Assembly (NCBI RefSeq): GCF_006345805.1
Contig: NC_043002.1
Span: 77,500,001-77,564,000, forward strand
From: Octopus sinensis
Taxonomy: Eukaryota
Length of the DNA stretch: 64,000 bases
Reading direction: 5' to 3'
Position 1 is the first letter of the stretch. Every line of letters begins with the position of its first letter. Both the position numbers and the translations under genes were made by a program. This document shows positions 11,333 to 25,004 of the stretch, piece by piece. The notes below the pieces were generated by a model. It searched no databases. It was not told where the DNA came from and saw nothing but the letters and a program-made list of their open reading frames with translations.

Positions 11333-14085
11333 TATGAGAACTATTTTTATTGAATTGATATTGAAAGACAATTCTTTTATTTGAATTTCTGAGCTGAGGA
11401 ATTATCTCTATTATACACAGATATGAGATGGTAATCTAGCAGAATTGTTGGCATATGGACAAAATGCTTAGTGACATTTCTACCAGCTTTATGTCCTGAG
11501 TTCATATGCCACCAAGGTTGACACTGTCTTTCATCCTTTTGAGGTTGATAAAATAAGTATCTGTTGACGCCCAGTGCTCAACAGATTGATGTAACTAATT
11601 AGCCATTTGCCCTCAAAATTGCAGATCTTGTGCTAAAAAGAAATATGCACAAATGTATTTGAACTGGAAAAGACTGGAGGATACAGCAACCAAAGCATAA
11701 CTATAACAACCAAATTAAAAGCATTAATTGAAATAGATCAGTGTATAACAATGTTGAAATATCAATCAGTATTTCCATAATCCTATACAAAACATCATAT
11801 TTGTTCTAATGTGTTTTCTCACTAAAAAAAAAATCACTGATTTAATGATTTAACAGGTCTTAAAATGTTCATGGTAATGAAAAAGATTTTAAAATAAATT
11901 CATTAAGGGGCAAATTTAATAAAGAACTCAATACTGATATCACGACCTGCTCCTTGTTACTTTTAATTTTATACATTCATTAATAGTTGATACTATAATT
12001 CACTTCTTAAATTTTTGTACACAATACAATCATTTTCCTGTGAGAGACAACAACTTAGTCTTATTCTTAGGGCCTTCATTTGTGAGAGTTGACTAGATGT
12101 CTGTAACTGGAAACTCACTCTCCAGGTTATATTTTTATGGAAGACTAACAGTTGTCCATGCAACAAATCTCTCCTCTCCATAGCACCAATATTCTTTTCT
12201 ACTCTAGGCACAAGGCCTGAAATTTTGGAGGAATTGCCAGTCAATTAGATTGACCCCAGTATGCAACTGATACTTAATTTATCAACCCTACAATGTCTCC
12301 CCACAAGAAATTGTACTTAGTTCTTTGCTTAACCCTTTTATCTCTAAAATTTATGGAAATCCTTTTCATTCCACATTTTCCCTATAAACATCAATCTTCA
12401 GAAATTCAAACTAAATATCAATAGGTTCACCCTGATCAGTTTGAAGTGGTCTGCAAAAGCTTTAGGCATTGTCTCTTCCTAAGGCTTATTTTATATTCAG
12501 TTGATCAAAGGTAGACAGCAGCAGTATTCATAGTAGGTCTTTCCAACTGTTGAGGTCAAAATAGTTGAATGTTCAATGATGTGAATGATAGGAAATATAT
12601 CAAGGAAGCATTCTACATACTACAAATACAGTATGCTCACAGATGTAAAAACAATTTAAAAAAAAAAATTGATCAAATTATGCAAGCAGTGGTAAGCAAA
12701 ATCTCCCTCAAGAGGTTTTTAAAATTCAAAAACAAGCAAGAGAGATTAACTCAAGTCTACTTTGTCTATATTACCCCACACTTTTGGTCAACTGATCTTA
12801 TGAGAGTAGCATCTCTTGCTTATTACATTTTGAGATACTTAACACTCTAAAGGAAGTTTTCTTTTCAATTAATTGTCTGGATAATCAGTTGATCAAGGTA
12901 TTTCAGCTCATTATATTATGTACATAAGATTCAACCTGGAATAATGCTGCACAACAGAGTTCACCTTGAACTCTGACAATTTAATGTCTGGAGAAGAATT
13001 ACAGAAAAGTAGAGGATTTGTAAAGTGTTGTAGTTCTGATATAAAAGTATTAAGCAAAATGTTCAGCACAGGCTTTGATAGTGAGACACAAGAGAGAGGT
13101 TTGGAGAGGAGAGACATAGTGAGACTAAATAACAATTTTTATAACATTAATTGAAAGCTAACTTGCATGAATGTAAAGAAAGATGTGAATCTCTCATGAG
13201 AATCACACTGAAAATAACATCTAAACAGAAAAGATGTGTCTTGTCTTAATGCTACAGAAACGAGTAATTATATTGTCACGGTATGTATATTATTGAATAC
13301 ACTGTAGTAGAGTTTAACATATTCCTTTTAAGATTGACTCAAATCTCTTAATGAACTTCTTTTATCCCACTTGGGAAATGGAATATTATATTTGCTAAGT
13401 CCACAGAATCCTTGACATTTCTAGACTTGCCTGATCTTTTACTCAAGATGATGTACTTTCAATTATCTTGTCTTATATCAGCATTCATTATTTCTAACAG
13501 AAGAGAGACAGACCTTGGTTTTCTAGTTAAATACACTGCTTACTACTTACTGGATTGGTGCAGGCATGGCTGTGTGGTTAAGCAGTTAGCTTTGTAACCA
13601 CATGGTTCCATATCCAATTCCATTGGATGCTATCTTGGATAAGTGTCTTCTATCATAGACTTTGCCTGACCAATTCTTTGTGAGTGGAAGTTAGTAAATG
13701 GAAACTGCAAAAATATTCCCATATAAATATGATCAGAACCTGGTGCAGCTCTTTGGCTTACCAGTTTTTAGTCAAACTGCCCAACCCATGCCAGCATAGA
13801 AAACAGACGTTAAATGATGATGATGATGTGTCTGTCTGTGTCTACGTTGATTACAGACTAAAAACCACTATTGTTGTTTATGTTCTGTCCCCTTATATTC
13901 CTATAATCAAGTAGTTTGACAGTTATATATTGATAAAGTAAATACTGGAGTTGATATAACAGATTAAATTCTTAAGTGTGGCTGCAATCCAATGACTAAA
14001 ATCAGTGAAAGAATAAAAAGAAATTAAGGAACAGGATTACATAAATTTCTGATTTGTTAACCATTAAAAAAAAATGTTTAAATAT

Positions 14086-14484
14086 GCATGTGTGGCTGTG
14101 TGGTAAGTAGCTTGCAAACCAACCACATGGTTCCGGGTTCAGTCCCACTGCGTGGCATCTTGGGCAAGTGTCTTCTGCTATAGCCCCGGGCCAACCAATG
14201 CCTTGTGAGTGGATTTGGTAGACGGAAACTGAAAGAAGCCTGTCGTATATATGTATATATATATATATGTGTGTGTATGTGTTTGTGTTAGTCCCCCTAG
14301 CATTGCTTGACAACCGATGCTGGTATGTTTACGTCCCCGTCACTTAGCAGTTCGGCAAAAGAGATCGATAGAATAAGTACTGGGCTTACAAAGAATAAGT
14401 CCCGGGGTCGATTTGCTCGACTAAAGGCGGTGCTCCAGCATGGCCGCAGTCAAATGACTGAAACAAGTAAAAGAGTAAAAGAGT
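14086..14484 (+). mobile_element. SINE family A, full length
   Basis: A/B boxes, internal microsatellite and GTAAAAGA tail. Confidence 0.9.
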
Positions 14485-15084
14485 ATTATAATTACTGATT
14501 TGAAACAGGAATGAAAAAAGCAACAAGTCTTCTGACAGGATGCAAACCATGTATAAATCAGAGGCAAATATTCTGGATGTGCTATGTAAAAAGAGTCCAA
14601 CATCTAAAAAGGACAAATGTTTTTTATAATGATTCCAATCTTGTAGTATCATAATCAGGATGTAATTTTCTTTATTATATTTGATAATACAAATTCAGAA
14701 CAAATAATATCACACCTGTGACAACTACAACACAATACTAATAATCATCACTTACTGCATGAACACATTACTAATTGCAATAATGTTAAGTGATTGGCAA
14801 GTTGTCTTATGGAGATAAAAGTAGTATGGTTAAAATGGTAGAATATAAGCATTCCCCATGTTACAGAAATATTACATTCCTGAAACTCTTAACATGGAAT
14901 TCTGTAACATGAAATGTATCAAACATTGACTTCAATGTAACATGGAAGTTAACGGGAGAGTAGGTTTTACCATGTTATGGTGAGATTTTCAGAAGTAGAA
15001 TGCTTTTATAATACAAGGAATGCTTCAATGTTGTTGTCATTTGGCAACTGATCGATTTACTCACTGGCATTCTGTTGGTTATGA

Positions 15085-15381
15085 TGATAAATGTTCTAAT
15101 TGACCTGATCGATGGAATAGCCTACTCATGAAATTAATGTGCAAGTGGCTGAGCATTTCACAGACATGCATACCCTTAATGTAGGAAGGTTTAGCATAAC
15201 ACAGAATGTGACAAAGCTGGGCCTTTGAAATGCAGGTACTACTCATTTCTACTGGCTGAGTGAACTGGAGCAACTTGATATTAAAGTGTCTTGCTCAAAG
15301 ACAGAACATGCTGCCAGGAGTTGAACTCACAACCTTATGATCATGAGTTAAATACCTTAACCAATAAGCCACGCACCTTCA
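15085..15381 (-). mobile_element. tRNA-derived SINE related to family C
   Basis: Reverse-complement head GTGGCTTATTGGTTAAGG..GAGTTCAACTCC and GAGCAAGACACTT..GTTGCTCCAGTTCACTCAG resemble 40874-41134. Confidence 0.65.
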
Positions 15382-17199
15382 CTAGAGTTACACAGTTCAA
15401 GCCCTGTTGGTGGACATTATGGTCTCTTACATCTTAAATTGTTACTTATAATATCTAATACAGGTACAACATTGATTTTTCAAAATTTTTAGTTTCGAAG
15501 CCTTTCTGGGTTACTGATTTTTCCAAACCAGGGGTGGTTACCTTGTTCAAAGCACTCTAATCAAATGTTAAATTCAAATAACTAAATGAAATACTGGTAC
15601 CTGTACATTAATGTAAATTAGTGCAAACTGTAATAGGTTCTGATTCACCAGTGTCCAGAAAGTTGATATTGCACCTGTACCATTCATATTAAAATCATTG
15701 GAGCTAATTGATATTTCTAATGAGAGACATAATAATACATTTAAGATTCTGAATTATCAGGTTTTTTTATTCATGGCAAATTAATTAATCTTTTTACTGA
15801 AGTTCATTTGGTTCTAGCAAAATATTTTGCAGATGAGCCTTATTATGACTGTCTTATCCTGGTCATGTGTCTCATGTCATTTTCTTAAGAATATTGCATG
15901 TGTTTCTCTACTTAAGCGTTAGAATAGTGTTATTGATTTGAACTTACAAAAGTTTTACTATATCATTATGAGAAGGAATCACGCTTTTTGCCTATCTCCT
16001 ACTTCATGACGATGTTCAATAATCTATTCAATATTCTAGTGAGATTGATAGATTTATGATCAAGTATATCAGTTGCAAGATATTAATTCTTATATACTTA
16101 TTGAATCAACTGATGTACTTAGCACAGATCTCATATAATCAGCATTTCAAATCAATCCTAAATCCAGACATTTCAATATATCCAAAGAATTCCAGGATAT
16201 TTTACTCACAATTTTCCCACAAATACAGATTGTTCTTTCTTGTGTTCTTGCGTTGCAAATTTAATCATTCAAAATAGTATTTTCTTTTTATTATTCACCA
16301 GTGTGATGGAAGGAACTTATTATTTTCCAGCTCATGAATACTGCACATTACCATAACCTTCACTAACAATATCATATGTCAATCTTTCATAAAATCGTTG
16401 GTGAGATATTGAGGAAGAATACATTACAAGACATATTTTATTGATAGTTGGAACTATAGAAAAAATGGTTCACTAGATAATGATAATTTGAATTCAGCTG
16501 GAAGATTTACCACCTTTACTAATACTTTTCTGTTTGGCTGAATCTTCTTTTTCTCTTTTACCAACTTGGCTTTTTGTACATCATTTCTTAACTTCTGTAA
16601 GCTTTACAATAATAATTGAAAATATAGGGTTCTAAAATGATGACTGGATTTGGTAGCAATGAGAACTCCTGTAAGAAAATAATAACTATAAAAAACATTG
16701 AGTTTGTCTCCTTATTTATCTACCTACCTACCTACCAACCTAAATACTTGTCTAAATAAATAGATAATATTAAAGAGCATTAACAGTACAGAAATAATCA
16801 TGATTTCTTTTTATTTGCCCCAAGGGCAACAAATAAGGGGATATTACAAGGACAGGTTATGCTACTTGCTAGTTTTCACAAAACCACTAACAAGAAACAA
16901 AGACAGGAAAACAATAATATCAAAAGAAATAAGATAACCACCAACTGTCAAACAAGGAACCCCATGGATCCAAAGATCATTATTACTCTAATAATAATAG
17001 TGGCTCCTTAGATAGATGCTGAAGATATTGCACAAGAATACTACGGTACTACTAACTGACATCATGAGAGGACAAGATGTTTGAGCATAAAGGGATATTA
17101 CATGCCATCTTCAGAATTTTGGTTATGGTGATTTGAAAACTGGGGCTTGTTGATCTTTTTTACTGCTTCACTTGACCTTTGTTTCTCTCTTTCTTTCTT

Positions 17200-17232
<33 letters not shown>

Positions 17233-18346
17233 CTCTTTTTTGCTTAGTCTCTCCAGACATTCAGCTCTTTATACTCTTTTCTACTCTAGGTACAAGGCCC
17301 AAAATATTGGGGGAGGAAGCCAGTTGATTAGATCGACGCCAGATTGCAACTGGTATTTAATTTATCGGCTCCTGAAAGGATGACAGGCAAAGTTGACCTT
17401 AGCAGAATTTGAACTCAGAACGTAAAGACAGATGAAAACCAATCTCCCATAGTACAATACAAAAGGGATAACTAGCTACAGACCAGTATCATTTCCAGTA
17501 TCCCTTACCATTCTCATATTTGTCTCTCCACCCACCCACCCACCATCCGGTACTGGAACACAAATGTATAGTCACAAATATGTTCAACAGTTTCAGCTTG
17601 TGTTTTGACTAATTCTTGAGTTTTGAAGATACAGCAAATAGTTCTATAAATTTTGCCTTTTTTAGTTGGGAGGATTTCTCCCAATATAATCTTAATACCT
17701 TTTTAATCTAATTAACCTGAAGAAAGATCTAGTCCACTTCCATTATTTTGTAATCAGAGGAATATAATTCTTCTCTTTGCATTCTTCAGTTCAGTTTATT
17801 GCAAAAATTGATCATGGAGTTCTTTCTCATTCCAGCAGTTTGTCATGTGATTCTTCTTTCTATTCTAGAAATCTTCTCCTGTTTTAGTGACTTATTTCAT
17901 ATTTTTAATATATAATCTTTTCTCATTATGCACAACATAATTTTCCAAACCCAAAATCACAGCATTGATGATGTCTTTTGCATTTAACAAACCTCTGTCT
18001 CCTTCCTTTCTTGGCAAACAGAGCCTGTCAATATTATTTACCATTATTAAAGAAATCATCATCATTATTATTATTTTAATACTGACTTCTGATATAGTCA
18101 GTCTTATAATAATGATGATGATGATGATGATAGAATGGATTATTATTTCATTTTTTTTCTTTTTTTTTATTACTGACTATATCAAACTTATGTAGGTCAT
18201 ATGAGCCTCAACTGCTTTCTGTTCTTGTGCTGAGAACATAATTATTGACTACAGAAAAAGAGGAAAAAATCTAGTTGATTTATATATCAAAACTATGTGA
18301 TCTATACTTTTTTAAAGATTGATCATGGCATTGAAATATAACCTTG

Positions 18347-18349
<3 letters not shown>

Positions 18350-18399
<50 letters not shown>

Positions 18400-18431
18400 T
18401 CTATATCTATCTATCTATGTGTATGTATATG

Positions 18432-18472
<41 letters not shown>

Positions 18473-18532
18473 TATGTATATATATATATATCTATATATA
18501 TATATACACATATATATATATACATCTATATG

Positions 18533-18566
<34 letters not shown>

Positions 18567-18616
18567 ATATATATATCTACTTATATATATGTATATATAT
18601 ATGTTTGCATCTAATC

Positions 18617-18655
<39 letters not shown>

Positions 18656-18718
18656 TATATATATGTGTGTGTATATATATATATATATCTGTATCTATCT
18701 ATCTATCTATCTATCTAT

Positions 18719-18772
<54 letters not shown>

Positions 18773-18777
18773 CATAT

Positions 18778-18839
<62 letters not shown>

Positions 18840-18842
18840 ATA
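18350..18842. repeat. Long (TA)n/(TATG)n/(TATC)n compound microsatellite
   Basis: Read directly from the sequence. Confidence 0.98.
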
Positions 18843-19461
18843 TCCTCTGACTGTAAGTATCTGTGTAAAGGATATTCTACAATAAAATTGCTATAGACTT
18901 CCATCATTTATTTCTACTTTCTGTTGAGTGGAGGAGTAGATCTCCTAGTTCCTGTAAAACAAAGTAAACAAACAAAATCTACACACTAAACAAAATAATT
19001 GACAAACACACCCTTACTTTACAATATTCTATTCAGTTGTGCAAACATGGTCTTTAATTTTCCATTTGCAAACACAATAAACAACTGAAGCATTCTGGGA
19101 TTGATACTTGAGAAAAAAAAAATGGAAGACATATAAGAGCGTAGCTTAAAAAAAGGGAAGTTTATGGGGCTTTCTCAGTCAGTTTATCTGCTCTAACCAG
19201 AATTGACAAGATATCGCAAATACCATTATTATCGTTGTCGGCATCGTCGTCATCATCATCATCGTTATCGTCATTGCTGCCACCATTGTCATTATCATTC
19301 ACTTTCATTGTGATCAATGTTGTTGCTGTCATCATTGCAATTGTCAAAATCAACGTCAACATCATCATCATCATTATCAACAACAAAAGCAATGACACCA
19401 GCAACAGCAAAAACAGAAGCAGCAACCTTCAATAATGAATTTTCAAAATAAACTAGTTTTT

Positions 19462-19673
19462 AAGGGACTGTGCCAGGCAAATGCTTAGCGGCATTTTGTC
19501 CATCTTTACATTCTGAGTTCAAATTCCACCAATGTAGACTTTGCCTTTCATCCTTTTGGGAGTCAATAAATAAGTACCAGTTGAGCACTGGGGTCAATGT
19601 AATCAACTTACCTCAACCTCTGAACTTACTGGCCTTGTGCCAAAATTTGAAACCAGTATTATTATCTTTATTA

Positions 19674-19704
<31 letters not shown>
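19462..19704 (+). mobile_element. SINE family B
   Basis: GAGTTCAAATTCC B box, GCCTTTCATCCTTTTGGG core and (ATT)n tail. Confidence 0.75.
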
Positions 19705-20235
19705 GACTGAGAGAGCAGTGCATGCCATCAAAGTGACACTGGGGTAAAATATTCAAAGCCCAGTATACCCATCGTGATTACGTGTCTGATAGGGCACACC
19801 AGGCACATGCATCACAACCATATGTGCATGACATGGTGATCTCATATCAAGATTAACAGCCCAATTAGAATTTTCTTCAGGTTGAGTAACCCTTCCCACT
19901 CAAAAGGCCCCTGAATAAGAATTAAGGATGTTGAGCAAAACACCCATGTTTCCAAAGGTGAATTATCCAAACCCCAAAGAATTCCTCTCAACACATGACT
20001 ATGATGCTCCCCAACTATTTCTGCTCATGATCAGAGATGCACATATCATCAGCCACTAAGGGACATGGTCAACTGGTTAACGTCAAGCAACTGACAAGCA
20101 AATCTGTAGGATTGAGCAGAATATTTGCTGTAGCCCATCTTCTATACCAAGACAAAACGATGTACATGATAACACCTCCAATCAGTTAAGATAAGAAGCC
20201 ATGAGAGCCACTGCCTGGTACTGCATCAGGGCATT
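19705..20235. repeat. Dispersed 530-bp repeat embedded in (ATT)n
   Basis: Partial copies at 22498-22620 and 28148-28326; (ATT)n on both sides here. Confidence 0.8.
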
Positions 20236-20857
20236 TATTATTATTATTATTACTATTATTATTCTGTCATCAATTTTTGTTTAAAATTCCACTTGAAAAG
20301 GAAAATGGGGGTGGAGAGGGAAATTCTGCACCCCAATAATTTTGCTGAAAGGGCGGGTGAATGTGGCAAGGATGGCCCATGTGAATGGACCTACTCTGAA
20401 CTTTTGCGTATAAACCAGAAGAGTTGAGAAGGAAAGAAGTGCACCTGGCGGTCAGGATAACCTGGAGGTGTAGGATTTCTTGGTTGTTTCTGTGAGGAAT
20501 TTTTCCTTTCCCCTTTCAGGGAATTTTTTGTTTAATTGTATTTTTTTTTATTTGTTTCAGTCATTTGACTGCAAATCGACCCCAGGACTTATTCTGTGTA
20601 AGCCTAGAGTTTATTCTATCAGGCACTCTTGCCGAACCGCTAAGGGACAGGGACGTAAATACACAAGCATCGGTTGCCAAGGGATGTTGGGGGGACAAAC
20701 ACAGACACACAAACATATACATATACCTTTCATCCTTTCAGGGTCCATAAATTAAGTACCAGTTGAGCACTGGAGTCAATATAATCAACAAGCTCCTCCA
20801 CACCAACGACCACCACCGTAATTTCAATCCTTGTACCTATAATACAGAAGATCATTG

Positions 20858-22189
20858 CATAGGAGTGGCTGTGTGATAGGTAGCTTGCTTACCAACCACA
20901 TGGTTCCAGGTTCAGTCTCACTGCGTAGCACCTTGAGCAAGCATCTTCTACTATAGCTGCAGACCTACCAAAGCCTTGTGAATAGATTTGGTAGATGGAA
21001 ACTGAAAGAAGCCCATCGTTTTGACATCGTTTTATTCGACTTTGCCAAAGCTTTTGACTCGGTAAACCACCGCCTATTACTTGTCAAACTTCAAGCATAT
21101 AGTTTCCATCCGGATATTGTACGATGGGTTGGTGCCTTCCTCTCAGATCGCTCCTTCCAAGTCCAAGTTAATGGTTCACGGTCCGACGTCTCCAGTGCGA
21201 GCAGTGGCGTGCCTCAAGGTTCAGTGCTTGGATCCTTATTGTTCTTAGTCTTCATAAATGACTTGCCCGACGACCTCACGCAACACACCCTTCTATTTGC
21301 CGACGATGTCAAACTGGTCGCCCCTCGCGGTGATATAGAGGATCTTCGTCGATGCCTCCACCAAATTTGGAGATGGTCTAATGAATGGGACCTGTGTCTG
21401 AACGTGTCAAAGTGCTGTCATCTGCCTGTTGGGTCTCCTCCTGCAACTCAACTTGATTTCGAGCCGGGTCGTCTGCTGCTGGAGAGGACCGATCAGGTAA
21501 AGGACCTGGGTATCTTGGTGGATTCCTCCTTTTCGCCTTCGGCCCAGTGCGTCCATGCTGCCAACAAAGCACACAGAATTCTGTTCTTGATTCGACAGTC
21601 ATTCGGAATGCTCACAGCAGCCATATTCCTACCGCTCTATGTGACGCTGGTGAGACCCATATTGGAGTACGGGATTCAAGCCTCTTCTCCTTATCTCCTC
21701 AAAGACATACAGCATCTCGAAAGAGTCCAGAAGCTGGCTACCCTTATGGTTCTTGGTCTCAAGAATTTGCCTTATGAAGAAAGGCTGAAGACACTCGACC
21801 TTTATTCTCTAGAAAAACGACGACACTGTGGAGATCTCATTCTTGCTCACAACATCATAAGTGGAAAGTATAACCTCTCGAAAGAGCTGTTCTTCACTCC
21901 TGCTCCAGAGCATCGGCTGTGGGGTCATTCCGAAAAGCTCTATCTGCGACGATTTCCTCTCAATCGAAGGAGAGGGGCTTTCTCTGTCCGGGTTGCGGAT
22001 CCGTGGAATAAGCTGCCAGACGAGATGGTGAAGATGCCGACGACCGCTCGGTTCAAAGTCTCCCTTGACCTCAAGTGGCCTGAACTCTTTACATGAACAC
22101 CTCCCTGTACATAACTCCATGTCCCCCTACATGGCCTTGCTTTTTGCTTTTTGAGCCAAAAAATTAACTAACTAACTAACATATATATA

Positions 22190-22242
<53 letters not shown>

Positions 22243-22480
22243 TATATATGTATGTGTGTGTATATGTTTGTGCGTGTATGTTGTGTGTCTGCGCTTGTCC
22301 CCCACTCAGACATCACTTGCAAATTGGAATTGGTGTGTTTATGTCCCCATAACATAGCAGTTCAGTATAAGAGACCGATAGACTAAGTACTAGGCTTACA
22401 AAGAATAAATCTTTGCATCGATTTGCTTGACTAAAGACGGTGCTCCAGCATGGCCAGTCAAATGACTGAAACAAGTAAGC
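20858..22480 (+). mobile_element. SINE family A split by a CR1-group LINE
   Basis: Head at 20858-21019 ends at GAAAGAAGCCCATCG; the internal TA tract and 3' half resume at 22181. Confidence 0.85.
21020..22180 (+). mobile_element. 5'-truncated CR1-group LINE with uninterrupted RT C-terminal frame
   Basis: DFAKAFDSVNH, SGVPQGSVLG, LFADD, KDLG, YVTLVRPILEY, LERVQ, RRHCGDLI; stop at 22094-22096; (TAAC)n tail. Confidence 0.93.
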
Positions 22481-23395
22481 GATTTATTATTATTATTGTG
22501 CATGCCAACAAAGTGACAAATGGGGTAAAATATACAAAGCCCAGTATACCCATCATGACTACCTGTCTGATAAGGGTATACTAGGCACATGCATCACAAC
22601 CATATGTGCACAACATTGCAGTTTTCAACACAATTTCTAGTTAACTAAACACTTTAAAACTTCATATACTGGTAGAATGTGTCAAAAGAAAACATTATTT
22701 TGACTTGGCTTTCTTGATAAATTTGTAATCCGTTTGTTTAACGTAGTTTAATTTTTCGAATTTTAACCAATGAATCGACTCTATTTGAGCTAAAATCATT
22801 TGTTGCGTCTAAAAACTGAGACAACATCCTGTCAGTGTTATGTAAACAGCTATTTATACAAAATATACGGAAAGCGTGTGCATAGCGCGTGTATAAAATT
22901 ATATAATTGTTAATTGTTAAATTATTTTCCATTGCTTTCGTTGTTGCCTTTCATTTTATTAATTGTTAAATTAATGTAATTGTTACGCGTGTATCTAAAA
23001 TTATTCGTTTTGTTTGTGTTTTGAATTGTTGATAAAAACATTTTAAAAGTTTTTTACAACATTATGGTGTAAATCATCTTGTTGCCTCTTTCAGTTTCTT
23101 CAGAATCGCTGCTTTCCCCTTTCATTCTTTTAAATATATTTGTGTAGGAATTGCCAATTTCTTCTTCATGCCCTTACTTACAATTCCTAGTGCAGTTTTT
23201 TTTCCCTGCTGCCGGGGTCGATAGATTAAGTACCCGTTGCTTACTGGGGACAATCTAATCGACTGGCCCCCTTCCTCCAAAATTTCGGAACTTCTCCCTA
23301 GACTACCAAAAAATGAAATTAAAAATTGATTCAATCACTGTTTGTATCTTTCAATGACACTTGCTTTGAAATTTGTTGCAAGCCTGCATGTCTTT

Positions 23396-23690
23396 TCAAC
23401 TTTTGCATGAACTCTGTGTACTTCGCATTTGCATCTCAAATTGTAATAACCTGCTTGCATCTGTCTATGTACCCTGCTTTCAAATGTATTACACACATGT
23501 TGTATAATTTCAACTTCAGCATGAACTCTGTGTACTTTGCATTTGCATCACAAATTGTAATAACCTGCTTGCATCTGTCTATGTACCCTGCTTTCAAATG
23601 TATTACACACCTGCTGTATAATTTCAACTTCTGCATGGACTGTGTGTACTTTGCATTTGCATCACAAATTATAATATCCTGCATTAAAAT
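23396..23690. repeat. 114-bp tandem repeat, about 2.6 copies
   Basis: TCAACT unit starts at 23396, 23510 and 23624. Confidence 0.95.
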
Positions 23691-25004
23691 TGATTTTCTC
23701 TTTATTTGGTTTTGTTTCTGCTTTTGTTTATATTGTGTGCATGCCTTGTTATGGTTTATGTTAGGATTAGAGCTATGGTCTAGAATTGGCATCAGATAGC
23801 ATGCTAAATTGTAAATGGCCATGTTTACTGTATGCTAAACTGGCACTAGAGATTTAATGAAACAGTTTACTTATCAGAATTTAAGTCATGAAAGGGTTTG
23901 TTAGCATTGTCAACACACTTCACATTTCTCTGTTTCTGTGGGCAATGAAATAAAATACTAGATAAGGAGTGGGTCAATATAGTTAACATTATGTCCTATA
24001 AAATTTCTGGCTATGTGCCTTTGTTAGAAATTCTTATTTGTACTAATATTTGTACTGATGAGAATGTGATTCCATGTAGAGGCTGCTATTCTGGAGATAA
24101 ATGATTGGATAAAATATTTAGTATAAGGTTCTAGCTGTGAGACATGTTAAAGATGATGATGTGGGCTCAGTTTGATATAGTATACAGCTTACTAATTCAC
24201 AGGAATAATAGTGGGTGTTTGGGGTTTTTTTCCCATGTTTTATTTGAACAATTTGGCTGGATAAAGGGGGCTGTATCCTTGCCTTTTGCATTCCTTCTGA
24301 GACAAAAGGCAAGAGCTGTGCCTTCAAAACTGGTAAGATTGATGTAGTTGATCTTGAATAAAATGTGTGGATGGCTGCAGAGGAAATAACATGGGCAAGG
24401 GAATTTCAGAAGGCCGACAATCTGGTAAGAAAGAATTTAATGCTTAGTTTGCAGATGAATTACACGCTATGTGACCTTCGTGCCTTTTGTCGCCAGATGC
24501 TGTAACATGGTTTGTATCCAATATAGTAGTACCACCACTATTGGGATAATGGCCTAAAATATGTGGTACCAGTGTGATAAAATAAGATAATGCAGCAGCA
24601 ATAACAACGTAACTATCTCTCAAGAACCAACAAATATTCCAAATGAACAAACCAACCCACACTCTTGAACTTCACTATGAAATAACACAAACTATATACA
24701 CTCTCTCGGTTCAGTCCATTCCTCACAAGAGGATACCTTGACTCTCATCACAACACTGAGAGTGTAAGAGGTGACTTATGGTTACTAACTTTGTTCTGCC
24801 GACAAATTTCCATTTATTTATTCTTAAGCTTCTCTTACTGCTGGAAACCACCTCTGCCTGGTACTGGCATTTATGTGAACAATGTAGACAATTGACAAGT
24901 ATCAAATACCATAATACATGAATTCATTATTTATTAAAATTATCTTCAATTGTAGAAGTATCATAATTACTAAATGGTAATCGATTAGCATATTCAGGGC
25001 CATT

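Noticed and set aside
18319-18907. ORFs of YI/IY/CV/HT repeats here and at 47.7-48.3, 53.0-53.4, 56.0-56.3 and 60.2-60.8 kb
   Set aside because: They are translations of dinucleotide and tetranucleotide microsatellites.
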